Shown: positions 53,667 through 63,704, numbered from the stretch's first letter. The stretch is DNA of 64,000 nucleotides from Gemmatimonadales bacterium (GCA_048499805.1 JASNZF010000004.1:224067-288066); one strand, 5' to 3'. Made by a program: numbers and translations. The notes: generated by a model from the letters alone, not told the origin.

Positions 53667-56600
53667 ATGTCCGCCGATCTCTGCGACGTCATCCGCGGCA
53701 CCCTCGGCGACTCGTACCGGGTCGGCGCGGAACTGACGGGCGGGGGGATGTCCCGGGTCTATACGGCGCAGGACCTGACTCTCGACCGGCGGATCGTCAT
53801 CAAGGTGCTCCCGCCGGAGTTGTGCGGCGTGATGAACGTCGAGCGCTTCAAGCGCGAGATCCGGGTGGCGGCCGGCCTCCAGCATCCCCACATCGTCCCG
53901 GTCCTCAGCACCGGCGAGATGGAGGGCATGCCCTACTACACCATGCCGTTCGTGGAGGGAGAGACGCTCGGGGAGCGGCTCCACCGGACGGGGCCGCTGG
54001 CCCCGCGGGAGGCGATCGGCATCCTCCGCGACGTGGCCCGGGCACTGGCCTACGCCCACGACCGGCAGATCATCCACCGGGACATCAAGCCGGACAACAT
54101 CATGCTGTCCGGGGGCAGTGCGGTGGTCACCGACTTCGGCATCGCGAAGGCGATCAGCCTGTCGCGCGACGTCTCCGGTGGCCACACCCTGACCCAGATC
54201 GGGACGGTGATGGGCACGCCGGCCTACATGGCCCCGGAGCAGGTGGCCGGCGATCCGTCGCTGGATCACCGGGCCGACATCTATGCCTTCGGCTGCCTGG
54301 CCTACGAGGTGCTGACGGGACGGCCCCCGTTCGTCGAGGCGTCGATGCACCAGATGTTCGCGGCGCACCTGTCCGCAGTCCCTGATGAGCTGGAGGCCGT
54401 GGCGCCCGGGGTGCCGGGGTCGTTCGCGGCGCTGGTGATGCAGTGCCTGGCAAAGCAGCCGGCCGAGCGTCCGCCGTCGGCCCATGTCCTCCTGGACCGG
54501 ATCGAGATGCTCACCAGCGGGGGGGAGCTCGCGCTGGCGGCCCCCGCCACGCCCGGGCGGGGAAGGGCCATCCCGGTGGGATCGGGTGCCCCGGTGGCGC
54601 TGCCCCGGATCCTGTCCACCCGGGCCGGACTGTGGGTCGTGCTGCTGCTGGTGGCGCTCGCCAACCTGGTGCAGACCACCCTCGACGAACCACTCGCCAG
54701 GCTGACCGGGGTGCTCGCCCGGCGCGACGCGGTGTCCCGGGCGATGCTGGTGCTCGAGTCGGGGGTGCCATTCGCGGGCCAGGACATGACCAGCACGCTC
54801 GGCGCCTACAGCGCGACCGTGGCGTACTTCTTCCTCTTTCCCGCGCTGCTCGTGGCGATCGGCGTGGCGCTGGCCCGGCGCCCCGCCGTGTCGGCGCTTC
54901 GCACCCTGGTGGTGGCCGTCGCCTGCAACTACGGGATCAGCCTCCTGTTCTTCCTCTTCTTCCCGGTGGCGGAGCGATGGTCGGTTCCCGAGTCGGGCGC
55001 CACCCTGCTCTCGAACCGCTGGAGTGTCCGGCTGATCGAGTGGGTGCGGCCGATGAGCGGGCTGGACAACAGCTTTCCCAGCTTCCACGTCTCGCTGATG
55101 GTGGTCGGGGTCCTGCTCTGCTTCCTGTTCGGGCTGCGGCATCGCTGGGTGGCGGCCTTCGGCGGCCTGGCGGTGATCCTGTCGACCTACCTGCTCGGCA
55201 TCCACTGGATCGCAGACATCCTCGCCGGCCTCGCCGTCGGCGTGATCAGCGTGGCGGTGGCGGCGCGGTTCGAGCGCCGGCTCGCGACGGCGGCCCCCTC
55301 GACGCCGCGGCAGGGTAACCCGGTGCGCTCCCTGGCGATCCTGGCGCTGCTGGTGCTGCCGGGACCCCTGGCCGGGCAGAACTCCCTCACCTTCTCGGCG
55401 GTGGCGCTCGACGCCGAGACCCGGCTGGCCGACGACCGCCTGCGGCGCTACCTGGAGGAGACGGCCGGGGTGGCGCTGGTGGCGGAGGATGCGGCGGAGT
55501 ACAGCCAGGTGATCAACTACCTGGCCACCCGGCGCCCGGGGGATGGCTCGTACCTCGCCCGGGTCACCCCCTACGCACTGGTGGCCGCCGAGCTCCTGGG
55601 CGCCAACGTGCAGGTGCTCGGGACCTATGTCAGCGAGGCCACCACTCGCACGACCTACCAGTCCTACTTCGTGGTGGCGCGCGACCGGTTCCCGCGACCA
55701 CCGGAGCTCCAGGACCTGGTGCGGATGCTGCGCACGGCGCCCGCGGCGATGCGCTTCGGGTACCACAGCGAATTCAGCACCTCGAGCTACTTCCTGCCGG
55801 CGCTGTTCTTCCGGGAGAACGACATCTTCGACATGGCGTCCGGCTCCGAGGAGGCGATCGCCATCCGTGCGCGGCAAGTGCCCGGGGGGAGCAGCGACCT
55901 GGTGCGGGCGGTGGCCGCCGGCGACCTGGACCTCGCGGCGGTGTGGAGCGGCACGGTGGCGGGTTTCCAGCAGACCCCGGAGCTCGCGGCGATCGCCGCC
56001 CGGGTCTACTTCGTTCCCCTTCCGGAGATGCTGCCCAATGACCTGCTGGTGGCGGCCGGCGCGCTGGATTCCACGGTCGGGGCCCGGATCCGGGCCGCGC
56101 TGACGGCGATGCCGGACGGGACGATCCGCACCGGGGACTTCCGGACCTGGAAGCACATCAACGATGCCCCGGAGGCGCGCACCGCGCTGGCGAACCTCCG
56201 GTGGCTGGCGCGCGCCGCCCCGGCTCCCGTGACCGTGGATGTCCAGCGTGCCGGTCCCGATCGGACGGCGATTCCCGACGCCTACCTCCTGGCCGTGCGG
56301 CAGGCGGTCCGCCTGACCGGGATGGAGTTCGTCAACTTCGACCGGGACTACCACCGGCAGCAGGACTATGTGCTGACCCTGGCACCATCGCATGACGGCT
56401 CGGTCATCCTGCGCACCCGGATCGTCGGCGCCGATGCGTTCGACCAGGAGTTCCCGATCAGCTTCCGGGACACCGACGGGCTGATGGCCCGGGTCGCGGA
56501 GGTGCTCCGCTCCCGGGTGCACCGGGTGCGCTACCTGTGGCCGTACCGGACCACCCCGCCGACGATCCTGCGCGACATGCCGCTCGATCTCCGGCCCGGC

Positions 56601-56939
56601 ACCACGGTCTCCGCCCGGATGATCCGGTGGCTCGACACCCGCCGGCATGCCTACACCCAGGGCGCCGAGTTCGAGGCCCAGATCGCCGCCGCCGACCACA
56701 GCAAGGTGGAGCTCTCGCCCAGCTTCGTGGAGGCGGCCGATGCCGATGGCTTCGGCTTCAACCCGATGAGCAACATCTCCTACCGGATCATCCTCCCCCG
56801 GGAAGTGGAGGAGCCGCTCCTCTTCCGGATCCTGACGGTCGCGCTGGTGGGCTGCCTGGCGCTGGCCGCGATCGCGGCAATGGTGGACCTGAGGGGAGAG
56901 GCGAGAAGTGAGAAGCAAGAAGCAAGAGGTAAGAGGTAG
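53667..56939 (+). CDS. Large transmembrane Ser/Thr protein kinase (1090 aa) with a PAP2-like membrane domain, a PhnD/SsuA-like periplasmic binding domain and a C-terminal TM anchor
   Basis: Kinase domain (GGGMSRVYTA, VIKVLPPE, HRDIKPDNIML, DFGIAKA, GTPAYMAPE). Multi-TM block with degenerate PAP2 motifs (RLIEWVRP; FPSFHVSL; STYLLGIHWIADILAG). Periplasmic region with PhnD-like pattern (...VQVLGTYVSEATTRTTYQSYFVVARD...AMRFGYHSEFSTSSYFLPALFF...AAVWSGTVAGF...YFVPLPEMLPNDLLVAAGALD). Terminal TM LLFRILTVALVGCLALAAIAAMV. Confidence 0.8.
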   Translation: MSADLCDVIRGTLGDSYRVGAELTGGGMSRVYTAQDLTLDRRIVIKVLPPELCGVMNVERFKREIRVAAGLQHPHIVPVLSTGEMEGMPYYTMPFVEGETLGERLHRTGPLAPREAIGILRDVARALAYAHDRQIIHRDIKPDNIMLSGGSAVVTDFGIAKAISLSRDVSGGHTLTQIGTVMGTPAYMAPEQVAGDPSLDHRADIYAFGCLAYEVLTGRPPFVEASMHQMFAAHLSAVPDELEAVAPGVPGSFAALVMQCLAKQPAERPPSAHVLLDRIEMLTSGGELALAAPATPGRGRAIPVGSGAPVALPRILSTRAGLWVVLLLVALANLVQTTLDEPLARLTGVLARRDAVSRAMLVLESGVPFAGQDMTSTLGAYSATVAYFFLFPALLVAIGVALARRPAVSALRTLVVAVACNYGISLLFFLFFPVAERWSVPESGATLLSNRWSVRLIEWVRPMSGLDNSFPSFHVSLMVVGVLLCFLFGLRHRWVAAFGGLAVILSTYLLGIHWIADILAGLAVGVISVAVAARFERRLATAAPSTPRQGNPVRSLAILALLVLPGPLAGQNSLTFSAVALDAETRLADDRLRRYLEETAGVALVAEDAAEYSQVINYLATRRPGDGSYLARVTPYALVAAELLGANVQVLGTYVSEATTRTTYQSYFVVARDRFPRPPELQDLVRMLRTAPAAMRFGYHSEFSTSSYFLPALFFRENDIFDMASGSEEAIAIRARQVPGGSSDLVRAVAAGDLDLAAVWSGTVAGFQQTPELAAIAARVYFVPLPEMLPNDLLVAAGALDSTVGARIRAALTAMPDGTIRTGDFRTWKHINDAPEARTALANLRWLARAAPAPVTVDVQRAGPDRTAIPDAYLLAVRQAVRLTGMEFVNFDRDYHRQQDYVLTLAPSHDGSVILRTRIVGADAFDQEFPISFRDTDGLMARVAEVLRSRVHRVRYLWPYRTTPPTILRDMPLDLRPGTTVSARMIRWLDTRRHAYTQGAEFEAQIAAADHSKVELSPSFVEAADADGFGFNPMSNISYRIILPREVEEPLLFRILTVALVGCLALAAIAAMVDLRGEARSEKQEARGKR

Positions 56940-56960
56940 GAGGGGAGGGGAGAGGCAAGA
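56886..56960 (+). repeat. Purine-rich heptamer-like array (GRRGAGA/GGTAAGA)n overlapping the 3' end of the kinase gene
   Basis: gaggggagaggcgagaagtgagaagcaagaagcaagaggtaagaggtaggaggggaggggagaggcaagagg, followed by an AT-rich putative promoter (attgttatgattatatcag). Confidence 0.7.
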
Positions 56961-57057
56961 GGATGTTGTGGCAGGAGCCCAATTCGGATATTGTTATGAT
57001 TATATCAGATCTGGCGGCGCAGGCGAGGGCCGCCCCAACGAGAGGCAGGCCGGTTCC

Positions 57058-58500
57058 ATGCAGGAAGGCACCCCAACCACCCGCCTGCCGCCGATCATCC
57101 AGGGCGGCATGGGGGTGGGGATCTCCGACTGGCGACTGGCCCGGTCGGTCGCGATGCAGGGCCAGCTGGGTGTCGTCTCCGGGACCGCCATCGACACCGT
57201 CCTGGTGCGACGACTCCAGGACGGCGATGCGGGTGGGCAGATGCGACGCGCGATGGCGGCGTTTCCGGTGCCCGGCGTGGCGGAGGACCTCCTCCGGCGC
57301 TACTTCCTTCCCGGGGGGCGCCCCCCCGGCGCCCCCTACAAACTGCTGTCGGTCTGCCGGAAGGGGATGTCCGCCCGGCGTGAGCAGGTGATCATGCTGG
57401 CGGCCTTCGTCGAGGTGTTCCTGGCCCGGGAGGGCCACGACGGCCTGGTCGGGATGAACCTGCTCACCAAGGTCCAGATCCCCAATCTTGCCACCCTGTA
57501 TGGCGCGATGCTGGCCGGGGTGGATGTCGTCCTGATGGGTGCCGGCATTCCCAGGGAGATTCCCCTTGCCCTGGACCACCTGGCAGGACACTGCAAGGCC
57601 TCGTTGCGCTTCGAGGTGGAGGGCCTGCCGAGTGGTGTCGAGGAGCGGCTCGAGTTCGATCCGTCTCGGCACTGGGCCTGGACCCCGGAACCGCTCCAGC
57701 GACCGCAGTTCCTGGCGATCATCGCCAGCAACTCCCTGGCCACCATGTTGGCGCGGAAGGCCACGAGCCGGATCGACGGCTTCGTGGTCGAGGGGCCCAC
57801 GGCCGGGGGGCACAACGCGCCGCCACGGGGCGCCACCCAGTACACCGCAGGTGGGGAACCGGTCTACGGAGAGCGGGATGTGGTCGACCTGGACGCCCTC
57901 GCGGCACTCGGGCTCCCCTTCTGGGTCGCCGGTGGGGTGGGTCGACCCGGGGCGGTGGGGACGGCGCAGGCTGCCGGCGCCGCCGGGATCCAGGTTGGGA
58001 CGCTGTTCGCCTACTGCGAGGAATCGGGCATGGCCGACGCGCTCAAGCGATCGGTGCTTGAGCATGCCCTCCGGGGCGAGGTGGAGCTGCGGACCGATCC
58101 GCGAGCCTCGCCGACGGGCTACCCCTTCAAGGTGGTCCAGTGGCCGGGCGACCCCTCGGAGGGGGTGGAGCGCGAGCGGATCTGTGACCTGGCCGGCCTC
58201 CGGGTGCCCTATTGGACACCGGAGGGGAAGATCGGCTACCGCTGTCCCGCCGAGCCGGTGGCGGCGTTCGTGGCGAAGGGGGGAGCCGAGGAGGACACGG
58301 TGGGGCGGCGCTGCCTCTGCAACGCCCTGATGGCGGACATCGGGGCGGGACAGGTGCGCGAGGGAGGCATGGTGGAGCCACCCCTGGTGACGAGCGGGGA
58401 CGACCTGCGCGACATCGGCACCTTCCTGGCGGGCCGAAGCAGCTACTCTGCCGGCGACGTCCTCGCGCATCTCCTCGCCCGCGAGCCTGTGGGGGCCTGA
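57058..58500 (+). CDS. Nitronate-monooxygenase (NMO / 2-nitropropane-dioxygenase-like) family FMN oxidoreductase
   Basis: Internal Met MQEGTPTTRLPPIIQGGMGVGISDWRLARSVAMQGQLGVVSGTAID is the NMO N-terminal signature. It continues ...GVDVVLMGAGIPREIP... and ...FVVEGPTAGGHNAP... Confidence 0.75.
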   Translation: MQEGTPTTRLPPIIQGGMGVGISDWRLARSVAMQGQLGVVSGTAIDTVLVRRLQDGDAGGQMRRAMAAFPVPGVAEDLLRRYFLPGGRPPGAPYKLLSVCRKGMSARREQVIMLAAFVEVFLAREGHDGLVGMNLLTKVQIPNLATLYGAMLAGVDVVLMGAGIPREIPLALDHLAGHCKASLRFEVEGLPSGVEERLEFDPSRHWAWTPEPLQRPQFLAIIASNSLATMLARKATSRIDGFVVEGPTAGGHNAPPRGATQYTAGGEPVYGERDVVDLDALAALGLPFWVAGGVGRPGAVGTAQAAGAAGIQVGTLFAYCEESGMADALKRSVLEHALRGEVELRTDPRASPTGYPFKVVQWPGDPSEGVERERICDLAGLRVPYWTPEGKIGYRCPAEPVAAFVAKGGAEEDTVGRRCLCNALMADIGAGQVREGGMVEPPLVTSGDDLRDIGTFLAGRSSYSAGDVLAHLLAREPVGA

Positions 58501-58701
58501 CCCGCTCGTTCGTCCCTTTCCCAGCACCCGGCAGGACAGGTTGCCCCCGGCGCCCCGACGAGCGCTCGGGGCGCTGTCGCGTCCTGCCGGCCCGGGTGGG
58601 TCGACTCACCCACCGATTCGCGATACCTTCCCGCACGGTCTGGAGGAAGGCCCCGGTCCATCGTGGCTGGTCACCTGGCACTCTTGTTGTGGGGAACACG
58701 C

Positions 58702-59907
58702 ATGCGCATCCGCCTCATCCTGTCCAGCTTCGGCACCGCCCTGGTGCTGGCCCTTCCCGCAGCGGCCCAGGGGCCGGGCGGTGCCGGCCGTACCCAGATC
58801 CAGCCCGGGGAGCAGTGTCCCCCGGGCATGACCGAGGTCCGGCCCCGGAGCTGCCAGGCACCCGAGCTTCCGGTGCCCAGCATCCTGGACTATCGCCCGC
58901 GGAATACCCTGGTGGTGCCGGTCCACCCGGTGCCGAAGGCCAAGTTCCCGGTCATCGACTTCCACGGGCACCCGACCAGCCAGCTCGGTTCGAGCGAGGG
59001 GCTCCTGGGGATGGGCGCGGAGCTCGATGCCCTCAACGTGCGGCTGATGATCGCGGCCAACAACATCTCTGGCGATGCCCTGACCCGCACCATGGCCACC
59101 GTCCAGGCGACCCCGGCCATGAAGGACCGGGTCCGGGCGCTGACCGGGATCGACTTCCGCAACGTTGGGCCGGGCTGGGCGGAGCGGGCGGTGGCGCAGC
59201 TCGAGGCCGACGCCGCGGCCGGCGCGGTGGGCATCGGCGAGATCGGGAAGGGCTTCGGCCAGACCATCCGCAAGGCCGACGGCAGCCGCCTGGCGATGGA
59301 CGATCCCGATCTCAAGCCGGTGTGGGAGGCGGCGGCACGCCTTCGCCTGCCGGTCTTCATCCACACCGCCGATCCGCCGGAGTTCTACCAGCCGCTGGAT
59401 TACAACAACGAGCGGTGGCTCGAGCTGGCGCTCTTCCCGGGGCGGAAGATTTCGCCGGACCAGCACCCGAACTTCGAGGAGCTGATGGCGGAGCGGGACA
59501 ACCTCTTCCGCAGCAACCCGCGCACGACCTTCGTGGCGGCCCACATGGGGTGGCACACCCATGACCTGGGCCGGCTGGGCCGGATGTTCGACGCGATGCC
59601 GAACCTGTACGCCGAGATGGGCGCGGTCCTGTATGACATCGGCCGGCAGCCGCGCGCCGCCCGCGACTTCTTCATCAAGTACCAGGACCGGATCCTCTTC
59701 GGCAAGGACTCGTACCAGCCGGAGGAGTACCCATATTACTGGCGGGTGTTCGAGACCCGGGACGACTACTTCGACTACTACCGGGACTACCACGCCTTCT
59801 GGAAGCTGTATGGCATCGACCTGCCGGACGAGGTCCTCAAGAAGGTGTACTTCCGGAATGCACTGACCATCGCGCCACGGCTGCCGCAGGAGGGGTGGCC
59901 GCGGTAG
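58702..59907 (+). CDS. Amidohydrolase-2 (TIM-barrel metal-dependent hydrolase) family protein, secreted
   Basis: Signal peptide MRIRLILSSFGTALVLALPAAAQG. Metal ligands (VIDFHGHP, VFIHTADP, VAAHMGWH, FGKDSY/D). Confidence 0.7.
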   Translation: MRIRLILSSFGTALVLALPAAAQGPGGAGRTQIQPGEQCPPGMTEVRPRSCQAPELPVPSILDYRPRNTLVVPVHPVPKAKFPVIDFHGHPTSQLGSSEGLLGMGAELDALNVRLMIAANNISGDALTRTMATVQATPAMKDRVRALTGIDFRNVGPGWAERAVAQLEADAAAGAVGIGEIGKGFGQTIRKADGSRLAMDDPDLKPVWEAAARLRLPVFIHTADPPEFYQPLDYNNERWLELALFPGRKISPDQHPNFEELMAERDNLFRSNPRTTFVAAHMGWHTHDLGRLGRMFDAMPNLYAEMGAVLYDIGRQPRAARDFFIKYQDRILFGKDSYQPEEYPYYWRVFETRDDYFDYYRDYHAFWKLYGIDLPDEVLKKVYFRNALTIAPRLPQEGWPR

Positions 59908-60384
59908 GGGCAGGGGCCAGCGCCGCGGCTTACACGACACGAGGCCCCCGGCAAGGATGCCGGGGGCCTCGTACGTGCCGGGCCTGCGGGAGGTCCCGCG
60001 CCCAGGGGAAGGTGATCCGCGCACCAGCTTCCGGCTGCTGCCGACGGTGTCGACGCCGTGACCGTCAACGACCGGGTCTGGCTATCGGTGTCCCGGCGTC
60101 GACGATGGTCAGGCGGAGAGGCCTGGTGCGCGCATGATCAAGGACTCGATGTCGCGAGGGGGAGCAGCGGACGTCTCGGCTGTCCGCCCATTGTGGGTGA
60201 TGGCTCCCGGATCGTCGATTGGACGGGTCAAGTGGCATCCGGCCCGTCCCTGGAGGGAGGGCGACATCGGGTCCATGAAGCCGACGGTGAAGTTTCCTTC
60301 CGGCTTGGAGGTTTCCGGATGCCGCCGTCCTATATTCGAGCGTCACCACACGCCGCCCACCTGGGCCTACCCGGAGTCCTCGTC

Positions 60385-61113
60385 ATGCGCATCCTCTCCT
60401 CCCTCCTGCTGTTCTCCACCGCCCTCGTGGGATGCGCCCCCAAGGGTCCCGCAGACGACCCGGCCCTCGGTGAGGCCGAGTCTCCCGTGGGTGCGAACCT
60501 GAGCGGGCCGGTCCTCGAGCAGGTTGCCGCATCGCCCTACCTGTACCTGCGCCTCTCGACCCCCCAGGGCGAGGTCTGGGCCGCGGTGCCCGAGGGGGAG
60601 GTCGAGGACGGGGCGGTGGTCACGGTGTCGAACCCGATGCTGATGGTCAACTTCGAGTCCAGCGCACTCCAGCGCACCTTCGATGCGATCTACTTCGGCA
60701 CGCTGGGCGCCGCAGGGGCCGATGGGGAGCTCCCCTCCGGCCACCCGGATATCGGGGTGCCCGCACCCGCCGCGCCGGTGGAGGTCGGCGTGGTGGCCAG
60801 GGCGACCGGGGCCGATGCGCGTACCGTCGCCGAGACCTGGGCACAGCACGCCGCGCTGGCGGGGAAGCCGGTGGCGGTGCGCGGGGTGGTGGTGAAGTAC
60901 ATCGAGGGTGTGATGGGGAAGAACTGGATTCACCTCCAGGATGGCAGTGGGGATGCCGCCGCCGGGACGAACGACCTCACGGTGGTCACCCTGGATGTGG
61001 CCCGGAAGGGCGAGACGATCACCATCCGGGGCACGGTGCGCACCGACGTGGATTTCGGGATGGGCTACCAGTATCCCGTGCTCGTTGAGGAAGCGCGGGT
61101 CGTGCGGCCGTAG
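60385..61113 (+). CDS. Hypothetical lipoprotein (242 aa)
   Basis: Lipoprotein signal MRILSSLLLFSTALVGCAPKG. No family recognised; the C-terminal region may be OB-fold-like. Confidence 0.4.
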   Translation: MRILSSLLLFSTALVGCAPKGPADDPALGEAESPVGANLSGPVLEQVAASPYLYLRLSTPQGEVWAAVPEGEVEDGAVVTVSNPMLMVNFESSALQRTFDAIYFGTLGAAGADGELPSGHPDIGVPAPAAPVEVGVVARATGADARTVAETWAQHAALAGKPVAVRGVVVKYIEGVMGKNWIHLQDGSGDAAAGTNDLTVVTLDVARKGETITIRGTVRTDVDFGMGYQYPVLVEEARVVRP

Positions 61114-61261
61114 GGAGGCACGGGAGTATCGACCGCCGATCCACCCTCCACTTCCCTCGGGCTGTTCCTGCCGCGTGCGGACGGTGTGGCGCCCCGGGCC
61201 AGCAGCGGCGGCCAGGGATCCTCGAGCCCAGCGGCGATCCCGACTCGGTTGTTCTCCTCGC

Positions 61262-62896
61262 CTAGCGAAACAACTCCGCCGCCAGCTGCCGGTCGTGTCC
61301 GTACAGGTCCTCGCGGAAGTTGAGCAGGCCGTCACTGGTGACCCACGCCGTGAAGTACACGATCATGACCGGCGGGCCCTCCCTGAGCTGCACAAACGTC
61401 TCCCTGCCGCTGAGCATTGCCTCGGTGATCCGCTGGCGGGTCCAGGCCGGGTCGTCCCGCAGCAGGTACTCCGCCAGGGCCCGCGGTTCCTCCAGGCGGA
61501 TGCACCCGTGGCTGAACGCCCGCTGGTCGCGGGCAAAGAACTGCCGTGCCGGCGTGTCGTGCATGTAGATGCTGTAGCTGTTGGGAAACAGGAACTTGAC
61601 CCTGCCCAGGGCGTTGTTGGGCCCCGGGCGCTGGCGGATCAACGGGCGGGTCGCCGTGCCGCCGATGATCTCCATGTTCTCCTTCCGGAGGTAATCGGGA
61701 TCACGCCGCATCGCGGGCAGGATCTCGTTCTGCGTGATCCCGGTCGGGACCGTCCAGCTGGGGCTGAAGACCACCGTGGACACCGTGTCGCTGAAGACGA
61801 CGGTACTGTTCACGGTCGTGCCCACCACCACGCGCATGCTCAGGACCACCGTGTCCGCCTCGAAGACGTGCAGCCGGAACTCCGGGATGTTCACCAGGAG
61901 CAGGTTGGCCGGCTGCCTGTCGGGGACCCAGCGGAGCCGCTCCATGTTGACCAGGATGGTGCGCAGGCGGTCCGTCGGGGTCACGTTGATCGCCTGGAGG
62001 AACCGGGGGCCGATGATTCCGTCGTCCGAGAGGCCGTGACGCGCCTGGAACTGGCGGACTGCTGCCACGAGGGTGCTGTCATGGCGGGGAGATGCATCGT
62101 CCTGGGCCAGGTCGCCGAGTTGATGCAGCCGGTGGCGGATGTCGATGATGACGTCCGCACTGTCACCAGGCGCCAGGCCGAGCCGGCGCGCGGGGAGCAC
62201 CGGGAGCGCCAGGGCTGGCCAGGGCACGGCGGCCAGGTCGTGCAGGCGCGGCAGCTGGGCCTTCAGCCGCTGATACTGCGGGTGGAGCGGTTCGTACGCC
62301 GCCAGGTCCATCGTGCCGGCGGCGAGCGAGTCCGCCAGCCGCGACAGGTCCTTCTTGGCGCGCGGGATGAACCAGCCCAGCTCGCCCAGGTCCCGCGTGA
62401 AATGCCCCCCGTACTGCCGGGCCGCGAAGCGGAAGAATTCCGCCGTGAGGTGCAGCTCGAGGTGCGCGGAGACGGTGTCGGTCGGCACGGCGGGCCGCCC
62501 GGCGTCCCGGCTGGCCGCCAGCAGAGCCCGCAGGTGCGGGCCGAGCAGGCTCGCGCCCGGGGCGGTCGAGTCGGTCAAGCCGGCGAGCGTCACGAACGCC
62601 TCGGCGCTGGCGGAGAGCGTGTTCTCCACGAACCAGGCGTACTGCCAGTCGCGTCGCTGGTAGAAGGCCAGCACCAGGGCGGAATCCTGGCGGTACTCGG
62701 GGTATTGCTCGAAGAAGCCGGCGATCTCGGCAGGATCCACGCTGCGCCGGCTGTAGGGCTCGGCGGTCTCGAAGACGGCGGCGAGCCCCAGGGCTTCATC
62801 GGTGAGGGAGGGGGCCTCGCCGGTCGGGATGCAGGCCGCCGCGAGCAGCAGGAGCAGCGTGGCGGCACTGGGCGTGAGTCGGGGCAGCACAACCAT
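61262..62896 (-). CDS. YcbB/LdtD-like L,D-transpeptidase (YkuD catalytic domain)
   Basis: Internal Met MVVLPRLTPSAATLLLLLAAACIPTG. Conserved ...NIPEFRLHVFEADTVVLSMRVVVG...PSWTVP... and the catalytic SHGCIRL. Confidence 0.8.
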   Translation of the reverse strand: MVVLPRLTPSAATLLLLLAAACIPTGEAPSLTDEALGLAAVFETAEPYSRRSVDPAEIAGFFEQYPEYRQDSALVLAFYQRRDWQYAWFVENTLSASAEAFVTLAGLTDSTAPGASLLGPHLRALLAASRDAGRPAVPTDTVSAHLELHLTAEFFRFAARQYGGHFTRDLGELGWFIPRAKKDLSRLADSLAAGTMDLAAYEPLHPQYQRLKAQLPRLHDLAAVPWPALALPVLPARRLGLAPGDSADVIIDIRHRLHQLGDLAQDDASPRHDSTLVAAVRQFQARHGLSDDGIIGPRFLQAINVTPTDRLRTILVNMERLRWVPDRQPANLLLVNIPEFRLHVFEADTVVLSMRVVVGTTVNSTVVFSDTVSTVVFSPSWTVPTGITQNEILPAMRRDPDYLRKENMEIIGGTATRPLIRQRPGPNNALGRVKFLFPNSYSIYMHDTPARQFFARDQRAFSHGCIRLEEPRALAEYLLRDDPAWTRQRITEAMLSGRETFVQLREGPPVMIVYFTAWVTSDGLLNFREDLYGHDRQLAAELFR

Positions 62897-62925
62897 CCGT
62901 GTTCCCCGGTCGGGAGGGGAGACGC

Positions 62926-63471
62926 TCACCAGGTGCGGACGCGGCCGGTATCGACGTGGACGAAATTGGAGCTCGGATAGTATCCGACGCCACCCTTGCG
63001 GAGACTGAGGGCGGCGCGCCGCAGCCGGTCGAGCGGAACGTCCGGGAGCCGGATGTCGATGGCCCGTCCCTGCATGTGGAGACTGTTGGCGGAGACCTTG
63101 GAACTCTGGCTGCGCAGCATCGCGTTGGTGGCGGGCGACCGGTAGCCGGAGATGATCTCGAAGGGCCGGCGGCTGCCGGTCGTCTGGACCAGGCCATGCA
63201 GGTAGTCGAGCAGGGCGGGGTCGATCGGGTGGACCTCGTCGGTGCGCCAGTCCCGGAGGCAGTGATTGACTTCGTCGAGCGCGCTGGGGACGTAGCCCGC
63301 ACCCGTGAAGTACTCCAGGTCGAGGAGGGTCTCGCCGGTGTGGGTATTGAGGAAATCGAGGGAACGGGGGGCGCCCCGGGCCTGAAGCGGCCTGGGCAGC
63401 AGGACCGCGGCGCCTGCAATGGCCGCCGCGGTCAGGAACTGCCGGCGAGTCGGGGGGGACGATCCAGTCAT
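62926..63471 (-). CDS. DUF882 / YcbK (MepK)-like peptidase-M15-fold protein with Tat signal
   Basis: RRQFLTAAAIAGAAVLLP (twin-Arg). ...LDFLNTHTGETL..., ...FEIISGYRSPATNAML..., ...HMQGRAIDIRLPDVPL... match DUF882. It is immediately upstream of the L,D-transpeptidase, as in ycbK-ycbB pairs. Confidence 0.8.
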   Translation of the reverse strand: MTGSSPPTRRQFLTAAAIAGAAVLLPRPLQARGAPRSLDFLNTHTGETLLDLEYFTGAGYVPSALDEVNHCLRDWRTDEVHPIDPALLDYLHGLVQTTGSRRPFEIISGYRSPATNAMLRSQSSKVSANSLHMQGRAIDIRLPDVPLDRLRRAALSLRKGGVGYYPSSNFVHVDTGRVRTW

Positions 63472-63704
63472 GGACCGGCAATCTGGGGGGCTGCCGGATG
63501 GAGGTCAACCGCACGGGAGTCAGGGTTCCTTCATGTTCCGGGGCGATGGGTGCCAGGTCCGCGGTCGGCTATGTTCCGGCGGGGAGGGCCCTGGACCTGC
63601 CGAGGGGCCCCGACCATCCCCGGCCAGCCGGCCGGCGGTCCCTCGAGCGGACGCGCGACGCCTCAATCGTGCCTCCTCCGACTGTCCCTCCACGAGGATT
63701 CGTG

